From NCBI GenBank assembly GCA_964443135.1, contig CAYUBQ010000001.1, positions 96,719 to 160,718 on the forward strand: DNA of 64,000 nt, written 5' to 3'. The notes under the pieces are model-generated. The model was given only the letters and a program-made list of their open reading frames with translations, ran no database searches and was not told the origin of the DNA. Shown piece by piece: positions 15,723-23,612 of this stretch. Position 1 is the first letter of the stretch. The number at the start of each line of letters is the position of its first letter. This stretch comes from an uncultured Desulfobacterales bacterium (lineage in GTDB: Bacteria; Desulfobacterota; DSM-4660; Desulfatiglandales; HGW-15). Position numbers and translations under genes: made by a program.

Positions 15723-18028
15723 AGCGTCCCTCTCTCCGCACACCCGGCCGGACCCTTGGCGACAACCACGAAGCTCGTCAGCTTGAGCAGCCCGACCGTG
15801 ATGCTGGTGCCGATGAGGCCCAGCACCGGCAGAAGCACGACAGCGCCTGCCATCCCTCCCAACCACCCGCCCAAGAGGTCGGAGGCATAGAGCAGTCCTG
15901 CCGTCTTGCTCGCACTCGTGCGGCCCTGCAAGTAGATCCGGTTCGCCAGCGGGAACTGAGCACCCACGAGAAGCCCGCAGATGACCGAAACGACGAGAAA
16001 CAGGGTCTTGGAAAGAACGAATGCGCCCGCCGTGCCCGGATGCCCGTGGATCGCGAGAAACAGGAGAGGCCACCCCAGAGCCCAGCCGACGAGGGCCAGC
16101 TCCATGCGCCGAAACCATCCGAGGCAGTCCTCTGCCCGTCTGGGAAACCGGGTCGTCACCATGGCCCCACAGGCCGCCCCGGCCATGAAGAAGGCCACAA
16201 GCAGCCCGATCCAGGAGAAGACGTACCCGTACATCGCCTGGAATGCAAAGATCAGCATGAGGTCAAAGATCATGCCGGAAAAACCGGTGGTGATGATGGC
16301 CCAGGGGATGCCCACCCTGGGACATTGTACGTGTCTCCATCGCAAAAGGAAATAGAGCAGCAGGAGGACGAGAAGGGAAACCGCAACAATCCTCAGGTTC
16401 ACCTGCTCGAGCCGACTGAACAGCCCCCGAAGCTGAGGGGCCAGCAGGGCGTTCCAGTGGGCAATGCTGTAGAAGACGCCCAACGGCTTGAAATCGGCAT
16501 TGACCTTTTGGCTGGCCCCTTCCGTGAAGTGAGCGAACCACGCCTGCCATCCGGGATGCAGCTTCTGCTCGATGCGCCAGGGCAGGAGGACCTCCTCCTG
16601 GATGCCCCGCCGGTCCAGGCGACGGAGGATCCGGTCCCGGTCGATGGCCAGGACGTCCCGGGCGTCCGATGACAGGAACAGGTTTCGGCTCTCCCCGGGG
16701 ATCACCCGGACGTTCGAAAAGACCCGCTTGAGCGTGTGGAAGATGCAGCTGTTCAGGTCCTTCAATGCGTCACTCGCGTATGTCAGGGAACCGGGCAGCG
16801 CCAGGACCAGGATGCCCCCTGGATTCAGCCTGTCTTTCGCCAGGGAAAAGAACGTCTCTGTAAAAAAACGGTTCGCCTGCAGGTTGGACGGTTCCTGGAT
16901 CCCCACCAGGATCACGTCGTATGGGTTCCGTGCGGTCTTGAGCAGCAGGCGGCCGTCCACGTGCCGGATCCGCACCCTGCTGTCGTTCAGCTCGGATTCG
17001 GTGAGCGGCGTCGGGTACGTTCGCAGCAGCTCCAGGATCAGCGGGTCGAGCTCCGCGTACTCGACGGTGTCGACGGACGGATGCTTCAGCGCCGCGTGGA
17101 TGACACCGCCCGCTCCCCCGCTCAAGATCAGGACCCCCTCCGGTTCCGGATGGGCCAGAAGCGGGAGATGAACGAACTCCTCAATGAACGGGATGTCCGG
17201 AATCGGCGTCATGAGGCTCGGAACGCCGTCCAAGAAGTAGATGTACTGTCCCTCGTTCTCCACGAGGCAGATGTTGGCGTACCGTGAGTTCTGGTAGTGA
17301 AGGACATGCAGGTTCCTCCACTGCGCCTGGACGGAGCCCTCGTGGAGCCTCTCCACGCGGCCGGAGAGAACCAGGGAACCGGAAGCCAGGACCGCCACGC
17401 CCAGAACGACCACCATCGTCCTCTGAAGCCGTCCGGCCTTCCAAGAAGGAGCCAGCAGGAAAAGACACACCGCGAAGTTCAACCCGGCGAGCACCACGGA
17501 TGCCGTCAGGGCGTCGAGATGGGGAATGAGAAGATACGTGCACACCACCCCGCCGGCGATCGTCCCCACGGTCTCATAGGCATAGACCCTGCCGGCCGAG
17601 GAATCCTCCCGGCCGGAGAACAGGGAATCCATCCGGCAGCTGAAGGTGAACAGCCCACCGTGGAGCATGCTCACCGGCAGCAGGATGAAAAAGGACCCGT
17701 AGAGCATGGGAAAGAACCCGATGCTCTCCCCGATGGAAACGCCGAGCATGCTCTTCAGGAGGCGTGTCAGGAGGATCGCGGCGGGGAGCGATACGGAGAA
17801 GAGCATCGTCAGGATCGCAAATGCTTCCACCCGGTTGCCGGACTTCTCGGCCAGCCTGCCGGGAAAGAAGCACCCCAGCGCTTCCAGAATCAGCCAGTTG
17901 GCCAGGATCACACCAATGGAGAGCTCGTTGCCGGAGAAAACAATCAGCAGCTCTCTCAGGAGGAGGATCTCGGCGACCAGGCCGCTGAACCCCATCCCCA
18001 GGATGGCGATCCGAATCCGTCTATGCAC
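15719..18028 (-). CDS. Fused polytopic-membrane / spermidine-synthase-like (SpeE-fold aminopropyl/methyltransferase) protein
   Basis: 769 aa. Has N- and C-terminal blocks of TM helices. The central ..VLILSGGAGGVIHAALKHPSVDTVEYAELDP...YDVILVGIQEPSNLQANRFFTETFF.. is SpeE-like. Confidence 0.85.
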   Translation of the reverse strand: MHRRIRIAILGMGFSGLVAEILLLRELLIVFSGNELSIGVILANWLILEALGCFFPGRLAEKSGNRVEAFAILTMLFSVSLPAAILLTRLLKSMLGVSIGESIGFFPMLYGSFFILLPVSMLHGGLFTFSCRMDSLFSGREDSSAGRVYAYETVGTIAGGVVCTYLLIPHLDALTASVVLAGLNFAVCLFLLAPSWKAGRLQRTMVVVLGVAVLASGSLVLSGRVERLHEGSVQAQWRNLHVLHYQNSRYANICLVENEGQYIYFLDGVPSLMTPIPDIPFIEEFVHLPLLAHPEPEGVLILSGGAGGVIHAALKHPSVDTVEYAELDPLILELLRTYPTPLTESELNDSRVRIRHVDGRLLLKTARNPYDVILVGIQEPSNLQANRFFTETFFSLAKDRLNPGGILVLALPGSLTYASDALKDLNSCIFHTLKRVFSNVRVIPGESRNLFLSSDARDVLAIDRDRILRRLDRRGIQEEVLLPWRIEQKLHPGWQAWFAHFTEGASQKVNADFKPLGVFYSIAHWNALLAPQLRGLFSRLEQVNLRIVAVSLLVLLLLYFLLRWRHVQCPRVGIPWAIITTGFSGMIFDLMLIFAFQAMYGYVFSWIGLLVAFFMAGAACGAMVTTRFPRRAEDCLGWFRRMELALVGWALGWPLLFLAIHGHPGTAGAFVLSKTLFLVVSVICGLLVGAQFPLANRIYLQGRTSASKTAGLLYASDLLGGWLGGMAGAVVLLPVLGLIGTSITVGLLKLTSFVVVAKGPAGCAERGTL

Positions 18029-18153
18029 TTCGATCCTGCTTGTTCGACCCGGTTAACACCACGTGGCCTGATCAGCTGCCCCCAAGCCAGTGCTGTACAA
18101 CCATGGTGGCCCGATAACCGTGGGCAGCCAGAGTATGGGTGCAGACCAGAGTG

Positions 18154-18224
18154 CCCGGCGGCGTGTGAGTGGGTTTTTGCGAACGCATCAATTAGGCCTG
18201 AGGGGATTTTTACGAGTCCATCAA
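18154..18224. repeat. Degenerate fragments (F) of the inverted-repeat element
   Basis: CCCGGCGGCGTGTGAGTGGGTTTTTGCGAACGCATCAA is the left end in minus orientation. It is followed by ..CCTGAGGGGATTTTTACGAGTCCATCAAA, which resembles a right end. The conserved CAGATCTC core is missing. Confidence 0.55.
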
Positions 18225-18247
18225 ACTTTGGTTGTGTGCAGATGAAT

Positions 18248-18577
18248 TTATTGGCTCAGTTTGGAACTGGCAATACGATTAAGGCTTACACCGGACTCAG
18301 CAGCTTGTATGGCCAATTTTCTATGTACATCTGGAGGCACACGAACCATAAATTTCCCACTGAAATGTTTACTTGCTATTGGTTCGGGAATAGGCTCATC
18401 GGTTTTGCCCATGTCCAATGAAACATCCGCTACAATATTTCGAATGCCTTTTAGTGCCTTTTCCGGTGTATCGGCCAGCCAACTCAGGCTGGGGAATTCA
18501 GCACACAGGCCGACATACTCATTATCATCTTCAGACCAAGTTACCCGGTATGTATATTTATCATTTTTTGTAGCCAT
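18248..18577 (-). CDS. hicB: HicB-family antitoxin
   Basis: 109 aa. YTYRVTWSEDDNEYVGLCAEFPSLSWLADTPEKALKGI is the HicB fold. The C-terminal ..RVPPDVHRKLAIQAAESGVSLNRIASSKL is an RHH-type DNA-binding tail. Overlaps hicA by 17 nt. Confidence 0.85.
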   Translation of the reverse strand: MATKNDKYTYRVTWSEDDNEYVGLCAEFPSLSWLADTPEKALKGIRNIVADVSLDMGKTDEPIPEPIASKHFSGKFMVRVPPDVHRKLAIQAAESGVSLNRIASSKLSQ

Positions 18578-18821
18578 GGCTCACCTCCAATTTTTCAATA
18601 GCCAAAAGCACCTGCTTGACTTGATATGCCTTAGCCTTTCCTTTATGATCCTGAATATTTATCCTTGGATCTCCTTGCCAGGGTGTCTTATAAATTCGAT
18701 GACTGCTTTTTTCTTGACGTGGCTTACCGAAATAATGCTCACATATTTTGCACAAATCTGAAAACCGAACATCCTTCGGATTTCGTCTCAACACCAAAAG
18801 CAGGTCATCGATTTTTGCCAT
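18561..18821 (-). CDS. hicA: HicA-family mRNA interferase toxin
   Basis: 86 aa. ..VRFSDLCKICEHYFGKPRQEKSSHRIYKTPWQGDPRINIQDHKGKAKAYQVKQVL.. is HicA/YcfA-like, with the conserved His in SSHRIY. Sits upstream of hicB. Confidence 0.8.
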   Translation of the reverse strand: MAKIDDLLLVLRRNPKDVRFSDLCKICEHYFGKPRQEKSSHRIYKTPWQGDPRINIQDHKGKAKAYQVKQVLLAIEKLEVSHGYKK

Positions 18822-18825
18822 GGCT

Positions 18826-18856
18826 ATATAGTATCAATATTGGTACCATTGTCAAG
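18826..18856 (-). promoter_or_regulatory. Candidate hicAB promoter with an embedded TGGTACCA palindrome (possible operator)
   Basis: Minus strand reads TTGACA-ATGGTACCAATATTGA-TACTAT-ATAGCC-ATG. It has a consensus -35 and a 4/6 -10 ending about 6 nt before the hicA ATG, so the mRNA could be leaderless or nearly so. Pattern match only. Confidence 0.4.
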
Positions 18857-18943
18857 GGGCAAAATCGGATCTGTTGGAGCAGCCAGATAAACACACAATG
18901 CGCGGCGCTAACCCGCGAGCACGTCGGATGGGCTAGGCCGCAG

Positions 18944-19045
18944 GCCTGAGCCCGCACGCCGCGCGGTTTTTTCGTCGGCTGTTTTCCAGCGAACCTTCAA
19001 ACTTGGGCGGATCTCTCGGCCTTCGATTTCGACTGGGAACCAAGA
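18944..19045 (+). repeat. Degenerate copy (I) of the inverted-repeat element
   Basis: ..CCCGCACGCCGCGCGG..CCAGCGAACCTTCAAACTTGGGCGGATCTCTCGGCCTTCGATTTCGACTGGGAAC parallels ..CCCGCTCACGCGCCGC..AACC..TTGAAA..GGGCAGATCTCGAGG...TTTTGCGACTCCATC. The left terminus is not recognisable. Confidence 0.35.
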
Positions 19046-19473
19046 AGCCGCCCCCTCACCTTTACCCCTCCCTCGGCTGCCCCGTACAGGTGACAACTAT
19101 TCTGACACCGGGGGGGCGGGTCTTGAGAAGGTTGGCGGTTTTTGATCAACGGACCGGGAATGAAGGGAAGCTCTGTTGCCGAAGCCATGGACATCCTTTC
19201 GGGCGCACGCCGTGATTCGGATGATCCAGCGTGAAGGTGTCTCACTCGTTCAGCTCACGGGCCCGTATGTATCTCCATTGTGCCTTGAGTCAAAAAAACC
19301 TGCATCGGAGGAGGGTCGATACAGGTACAATGTAGATGCCATAGGCAAAGATTGGGGTCGGTGGCTCTGGGGAAGAAGGTGGGGGCATCAGGACCGGAAC
19401 CGGGTTCTGCTGGTGGCCCGGGGCATGCCTGGGCGCAGGGAGAAGAGGAGGCGGTCCTTCAAAGTGGCTGCCG

Positions 19474-19878
19474 TCAGCGGCCGGCCCAGTCCTCGAGGAG
19501 CAAGCCGGGTACACGCTGGAACTCGCGGAGGTTGTTGGTGACCAGGATCAACCCGGATGCCCTCGCATGCCCTGCGATCATCATGTCATAGGGCCCGATG
19601 GGCCGACCGGTCGTATACAAGGCCGCGCGAATCCGTCCGAAGTGGTAAGCGGCGCTGCTGTCGAACGGCAAGACCTCGAGGCGCGCTGCAAAGGCTTCGA
19701 TGTCAGACAGGTTTCGCTCCACGTGTTGAGAGTGCTCGGCGCCGAACACCAGCTCCCCCAGCGTAACCGCCGAAATGCACATCCGACCCTCGTTCTGGAC
19801 GAAATGCTCCTTGACGCCATGGGGACGGCTTTTCATTGTGTAGATGACGATGTTCGTGTCCAGCATGTACTTCAGCAT
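19474..19878 (-). CDS. vapC: VapC-family PIN-domain toxin
   Basis: MLKYMLDTNIVIY.....LGELVFGAE....LPFD..AA..FG.IRA......GRPIGPYDMMIAGHARASGLILVTNN..EF has the PIN acidic residues in the canonical order. Confidence 0.9.
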   Translation of the reverse strand: MLKYMLDTNIVIYTMKSRPHGVKEHFVQNEGRMCISAVTLGELVFGAEHSQHVERNLSDIEAFAARLEVLPFDSSAAYHFGRIRAALYTTGRPIGPYDMMIAGHARASGLILVTNNLREFQRVPGLLLEDWAGR

Positions 19879-20120
19879 CAGAACGCTTCCCGCCTCTGAT
19901 CTTCGGGTTGTTCTCGCTGAACCATGAAATCCCTGGACACCCCGGGGCCTTCAAACCAATCCTCCCAGGACCGGCCGGCCGGGGTGATGATGCGGCTGCG
20001 GCCGACCCTCGTGATGCTCACGTCCCGGATCGATTCCGGAAACGCAACCTCCTTGGGCAGGCGGACGGCCTGACTTCGGTTGCTCTTGAACAGCCTGGTT
20101 CGAACTGAACCCATGATCAT
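19878..20120 (-). CDS. vapB: VapB antitoxin (AbrB/SpoVT-type)
   Basis: ..VRTRLFKSNRSQAVRLPKEVAFPESIRDVSITRVGRSRIITP.. is an AbrB-like swapped-hairpin motif. The stop overlaps the vapC start by 1 nt. The second ATG (20114) has better spacing from GGAGG and may be the true start. Confidence 0.8.
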   Translation of the reverse strand: MIMGSVRTRLFKSNRSQAVRLPKEVAFPESIRDVSITRVGRSRIITPAGRSWEDWFEGPGVSRDFMVQREQPEDQRREAF

Positions 20121-20181
20121 GCCTCCTGGAAGGGAGTAAGGGGTCGAGCACCTTTGCGACTCTAAAACAGGATAGACCAAA

Positions 20182-20210
20182 CCAGGGATATGTCAAGTGT
20201 ATATCCCTGG
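20182..20210. promoter_or_regulatory. Perfect 10-bp inverted repeat upstream of vapBC (candidate operator)
   Basis: CCAGGGATAT (20182-20191), 9 nt, ATATCCCTGG (20201-20210), 60-90 nt upstream of the vapB start. Confidence 0.4.
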
Positions 20211-20318
20211 TCCCTTGCCCCCCGATTCGGGGGCGGCCCCGAATTCAAGAAAGAGGAACGGTCTGCTTGGGTAGAGGAATCTTCAAACCCGGCGGACTCC
20301 TTTTCACCAGGCCATGGA

Positions 20319-20762
20319 TCAGGACAGCCGGCGCGTGAACCTTCCTGATCGGTGCTCCTGATTTGTCTCCGGCCTGTATGTCTTGATCCTCAGCAGATGA
20401 ATGGTTACGCCCACGGCGATGACCACCATAACCAACCGCAGCCACCACTGTGAGATCAAGAACACCGATGTCACACCGATGGTCAACCACAGCAAAGAGA
20501 TCGTGAGCACCTTCTGCTTCAGGGATATGCCCCTGCCTTCCCGGTAGTTCCTGATGTAGTCCCCGAACCAGCGGTTGGTGATCAGCCAGTGATAAAACCT
20601 CTCCGAGCTGTGCGCGTAGCAAATGGCGGCGAGAAGCAGAAAGGGGGTCGTAGGCAGCACCGGCAGGAACATGCCGAGCACCGCCAGTACGACACAAAGC
20701 GTACCCAGGACGACCAGCAAAGCCCTGATGGGCCACTTCAATGGTCCCGGTTCGGTCTTCAC
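20319..20762 (-). CDS. YbaN-family (DUF454) inner-membrane protein
   Basis: ..LGMFLPVLPTTPFLLLAAICYAHSSERFYHWL..NRWFG..I.NYREGRGIS is the DUF454 signature. GTG at 20762 lies 6 nt after GGGGGAG and gives a family-typical length. The track ORF extends to ATG 20909. Confidence 0.75.
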   Translation of the reverse strand: MKTEPGPLKWPIRALLVVLGTLCVVLAVLGMFLPVLPTTPFLLLAAICYAHSSERFYHWLITNRWFGDYIRNYREGRGISLKQKVLTISLLWLTIGVTSVFLISQWWLRLVMVVIAVGVTIHLLRIKTYRPETNQEHRSGRFTRRLS

Positions 20763-20980
20763 GCTACGTCTCCCCCAGGGTGCCGCTCTTCGGCGCGGGC
20801 ATTCGTGAGGATCATCCTTTTGAGTCGCATGGTCAGCGTACTCCCCGGTAAGCCGGGGCCCGAAGGGGTCTTTTCGGTCAGGATAACGCTCGAGACGGTC
20901 GAGTTTCAAGAATCCGATCCTGCGTCGAAGGAGAGGCGGCCGGTTCGTGTGTGGCCATCCGAAGTCAAAGGCGAGACTTA

Positions 20981-21009
20981 CCCGCGAGGCGGGGCTTCCG
21001 CCTCGCGGG
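20981..21009 (-). terminator. GC-rich hairpin downstream of the TPR gene (possible terminator, no U-tract)
   Basis: CCCGCGAGGCGG-GGCTT-CCGCCTCGCGGG, a perfect 12-bp stem beginning 7 nt beyond the TPR gene stop. There is no T-run on either strand. Confidence 0.3.
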
Positions 21010-21015
21010 CTTCGT

Positions 21016-22671
21016 CTACTGGTCCGAGGTTACGCTCCCTGCGTGCTCGAGCCTCTTTCTTTGTGCTTCGGCTGAGGCGGTGTCCATGAGCTTCCGGTAG
21101 TACTCCGCCGCCCGGGTGTCGTCCCCTGCGAGCTCAGCGGCCCTTCCCGCGCCATAGAGGCTGTTGAAGCGGTTGGGGCTGCGCTCCAGGGCTTTGAGGT
21201 ACTGCTCGTGGGCCTCCTGGTGGCGACCCATGTCGATGAGCATGTCGGCCAGCAGCTCGCGGGCGGGCAGGACCTCTCCCGGCGTGATGGGGTGCTTCTC
21301 GGTATCGGCCTCCTTCTCCGCGGCCCGGCGCATCGTCTCCAGAGCCTGTTCCTGGTTTCCTTCCGCGTGCTCGAGCCAGGCCCCGGCTGTGAGCCGCTGG
21401 ATCTCGACCTGGTTGGCCCAGTAGGCGGAGCTTGCCGCGGCCTGCTCGCGGAGCGATGCCAGCTCACCCATCGCCTCACGGGCGTCTTGCGCGTCTCCGC
21501 TCCGCGCCGAGCCGAGCGCACGCGCGAAATGGGTCATGGCCTCCATGGCGGGGTACCGGTCCCAGGGGAAGCTCTCCGGCTGCCTGGGCTCGAGCCGGGC
21601 CGCCTCGGACCAGTGCTGCCTCTCCAGGGCGACCCGCGCGGGGATGGCGGCAAATGCGTACGCCGAGGCAGGGTGGGGCTGGAACGGACCTTCCAGGTTC
21701 CTGACCGTCTCGAGGATCTCCTCCGCCTTGCGGTCGTCGGCCCGTTGGAGATACGCATACGCCAGGTAGTCGAGTGCGTGGGGATAGTGGAGGGAGACCT
21801 TGTCGCCGGCAGGGTGCTTCAGGGCGGCTTCAGCGGATCGGCTGTTCATGGCAATGGACTCCTCCCACAGCCCGAGGCGGGTGAAGATGTGGGAGGGCAT
21901 GTGAAGCGCATGGGGAACCGCGGGCGCGATCTCCCCGTAGCTGCGGGCCACCGGAAGCGCCTTTTCGGCCAGGGGGGGATAGTCATAGGCGTGGATGGTG
22001 TAGTGGTGCGCACCCGGGTGATCGGGGATCCGGCTCAGGACCTCCTGGGCGATCTCCGCCGCCTGTTTCTGCTTGGCATAGCTCTTGTCGGCGGGGTCTG
22101 CCGTGGCCATGTGGGCGAGGGCATAGAAGGTCGCCGCCTCCGGGTCCTCGGGAAAGCGCTCGCGGGCCCTTTTCCACCCCTGTTCGAAACCGGCGAGGTT
22201 GGCCTCTTCCTCACGGCTCCACCCGGGTGCATAGTAGGCTTCCACTGCAGAAATGAAGGCCTCCTCCCGGGCGGTCTTCTTTTTTGACAGGGCCTCGTCC
22301 ACCAGCGCCCTTCCCTTCTCGAAGTCGGACTCGCTCGGAGGGTCCGACCAGAGGGGGTGGATGTAGCTCATGGCCCGGCCCCAGTACCCCATGGCGCAGT
22401 CCGGATCGGCTTGGGTGGCCGCGGTGAAGGCGGCCCGTGCGCCCTCGTAGGTCATGTGATGCAGCAGGGCCAGTCCCCGGGACGCGTGCCGGCGGGCGGC
22501 GTCGCTGCAGGAGCCCGGGAGGCGAACCGTTCCGAGCTCGTCTCCGTAGGTGTCGCCCTGAGCCTCCACGGCTCGGGTGTGAGTCGTTTCGGATGCCTCC
22601 CGGGCGTGGGCCGGGCTCACGAGAAGGACCGCCATGACGAGCAGCAGTCCGTGTACGAAAATGGTTTTCAT
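21016..22671 (-). CDS. Secreted tetratricopeptide-repeat protein (551 aa)
   Basis: ATG at 22671 follows GGAGGGAAGATC. Signal peptide is MKTIFVHGLLLVMAVLLVSPAHA. The rest is helical repeats (..YLKALERSPNRFNSLYGAGRAAELAGDDTRAAEYYRKL..). The upstream two-thirds of the 1526-aa track ORF is rejected. Confidence 0.8.
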   Translation of the reverse strand: MKTIFVHGLLLVMAVLLVSPAHAREASETTHTRAVEAQGDTYGDELGTVRLPGSCSDAARRHASRGLALLHHMTYEGARAAFTAATQADPDCAMGYWGRAMSYIHPLWSDPPSESDFEKGRALVDEALSKKKTAREEAFISAVEAYYAPGWSREEEANLAGFEQGWKRARERFPEDPEAATFYALAHMATADPADKSYAKQKQAAEIAQEVLSRIPDHPGAHHYTIHAYDYPPLAEKALPVARSYGEIAPAVPHALHMPSHIFTRLGLWEESIAMNSRSAEAALKHPAGDKVSLHYPHALDYLAYAYLQRADDRKAEEILETVRNLEGPFQPHPASAYAFAAIPARVALERQHWSEAARLEPRQPESFPWDRYPAMEAMTHFARALGSARSGDAQDAREAMGELASLREQAAASSAYWANQVEIQRLTAGAWLEHAEGNQEQALETMRRAAEKEADTEKHPITPGEVLPARELLADMLIDMGRHQEAHEQYLKALERSPNRFNSLYGAGRAAELAGDDTRAAEYYRKLMDTASAEAQRKRLEHAGSVTSDQ

Positions 22672-22715
22672 GATCTTCCCTCCAACGGTGAAATCCTTCC
22701 TGAGTGCGGCCTGTC

Positions 22716-23465
22716 CTAGCGCACGGTGAACGTCGAGCGGTCCAGGCCGGTGTTGCCGCTTTCCGGGTGGTAGGCCACGGCGCGGATCAGGTACGTACCC
22801 GGCTCGACGACCTCGAGGTCGGCGGCGTAGCGGGTGCCCTCCCCGGTCCAGGCGAGGTCCTTTTTGGCGACGGTCTGGTCGTCCTTGAGAACGGTGGCCG
22901 TGATCTCGTAGTCCTTTGCGTCCCACAGGCTGTCCGGTACGACGGGGCAGCCGCATCCCATGACCACGCTGGTCTCGATGCGGACCGTGCCCGGGCTCTT
23001 CCGGGCGCGGTGCGCAGGGGCGAGGAGCTGGATCACGAGGCCGGGGAGCTCCAGGCGCCAGGCGTCCCCGCCCGTGACGTGGCCGCCGGGCACCACCCAC
23101 ATGGTGGAGGAGGCCTCGTTGCCGTCGGGATCGGTCATGGGGCCCCTGGCGGTGACGCGAAGGAGGACGGGTTGTTCCAGGTCGAGCACGGCCTTGAAGC
23201 GGGCCGCGTTTTCGGTGGAGACGGGCGTGTGGGTGGTGTGCCTGTCCTCCATGATCAGCCGGGTGTCGCCGGTCCCGCCCTCGGTGTAGCCCCGGGCCAG
23301 CAGCTCGCCGGTCATGGCGTCCTCCAGGGTCACCAGGGCGCCGCCCATGCTGGTGCCGATGAACTTGCTGCCCTTGCTGAGGACGTGGACCACGATCTCC
23401 GTGGGCTCGGCCAGGGCGGTTCCGGTGAGCAGGAGGAACGAGAGCAGCAGGGTCAGGGTTCTCAT
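22716..23465 (-). CDS. Secreted hypothetical protein (249 aa)
   Basis: ATG follows AAGGAGA. Signal peptide is MRTLTLLLSFLLLTGTALA. Beta-rich composition and strong G/C third positions. No family recognised. Confidence 0.7.
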   Translation of the reverse strand: MRTLTLLLSFLLLTGTALAEPTEIVVHVLSKGSKFIGTSMGGALVTLEDAMTGELLARGYTEGGTGDTRLIMEDRHTTHTPVSTENAARFKAVLDLEQPVLLRVTARGPMTDPDGNEASSTMWVVPGGHVTGGDAWRLELPGLVIQLLAPAHRARKSPGTVRIETSVVMGCGCPVVPDSLWDAKDYEITATVLKDDQTVAKKDLAWTGEGTRYAADLEVVEPGTYLIRAVAYHPESGNTGLDRSTFTVR

Positions 23466-23612
23466 GGTCGTTCTCCTTGGGGTCGGGTGGGTCAGCGCAC
23501 ATTGTGCCGGGCTTCGTGCGGCACTCCCTTCCAGTTACGATAGGGCTCGAATGGGGCTCGGTCAAAGGCCCCGGGGTTGGATGGTCTCGTTTTGAGGAGG
23601 GGCGTCGGGGGG

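Noticed and set aside
15723-16118. N-terminal 132 codons of the 498-aa track ORF for the radical SAM gene.
   Set aside because: This part overlaps the 3' end of the SpeE-fusion gene in another frame and is Arg/Gly-rich. The internal ATG at 15722 gives an ATGA stop/start overlap and a coherent Tat signal.
18899-18975. An apparent rho-independent terminator: GCGCGGCG ... CGCCGCGC followed by GGTTTTTTCG.
   Set aside because: No plus-strand gene ends upstream of it. The 3' half aligns with the CCCGCTCACGCGCCGC segment of the dispersed repeat (degenerate copy I), so it is more likely repeat debris than a dedicated terminator.
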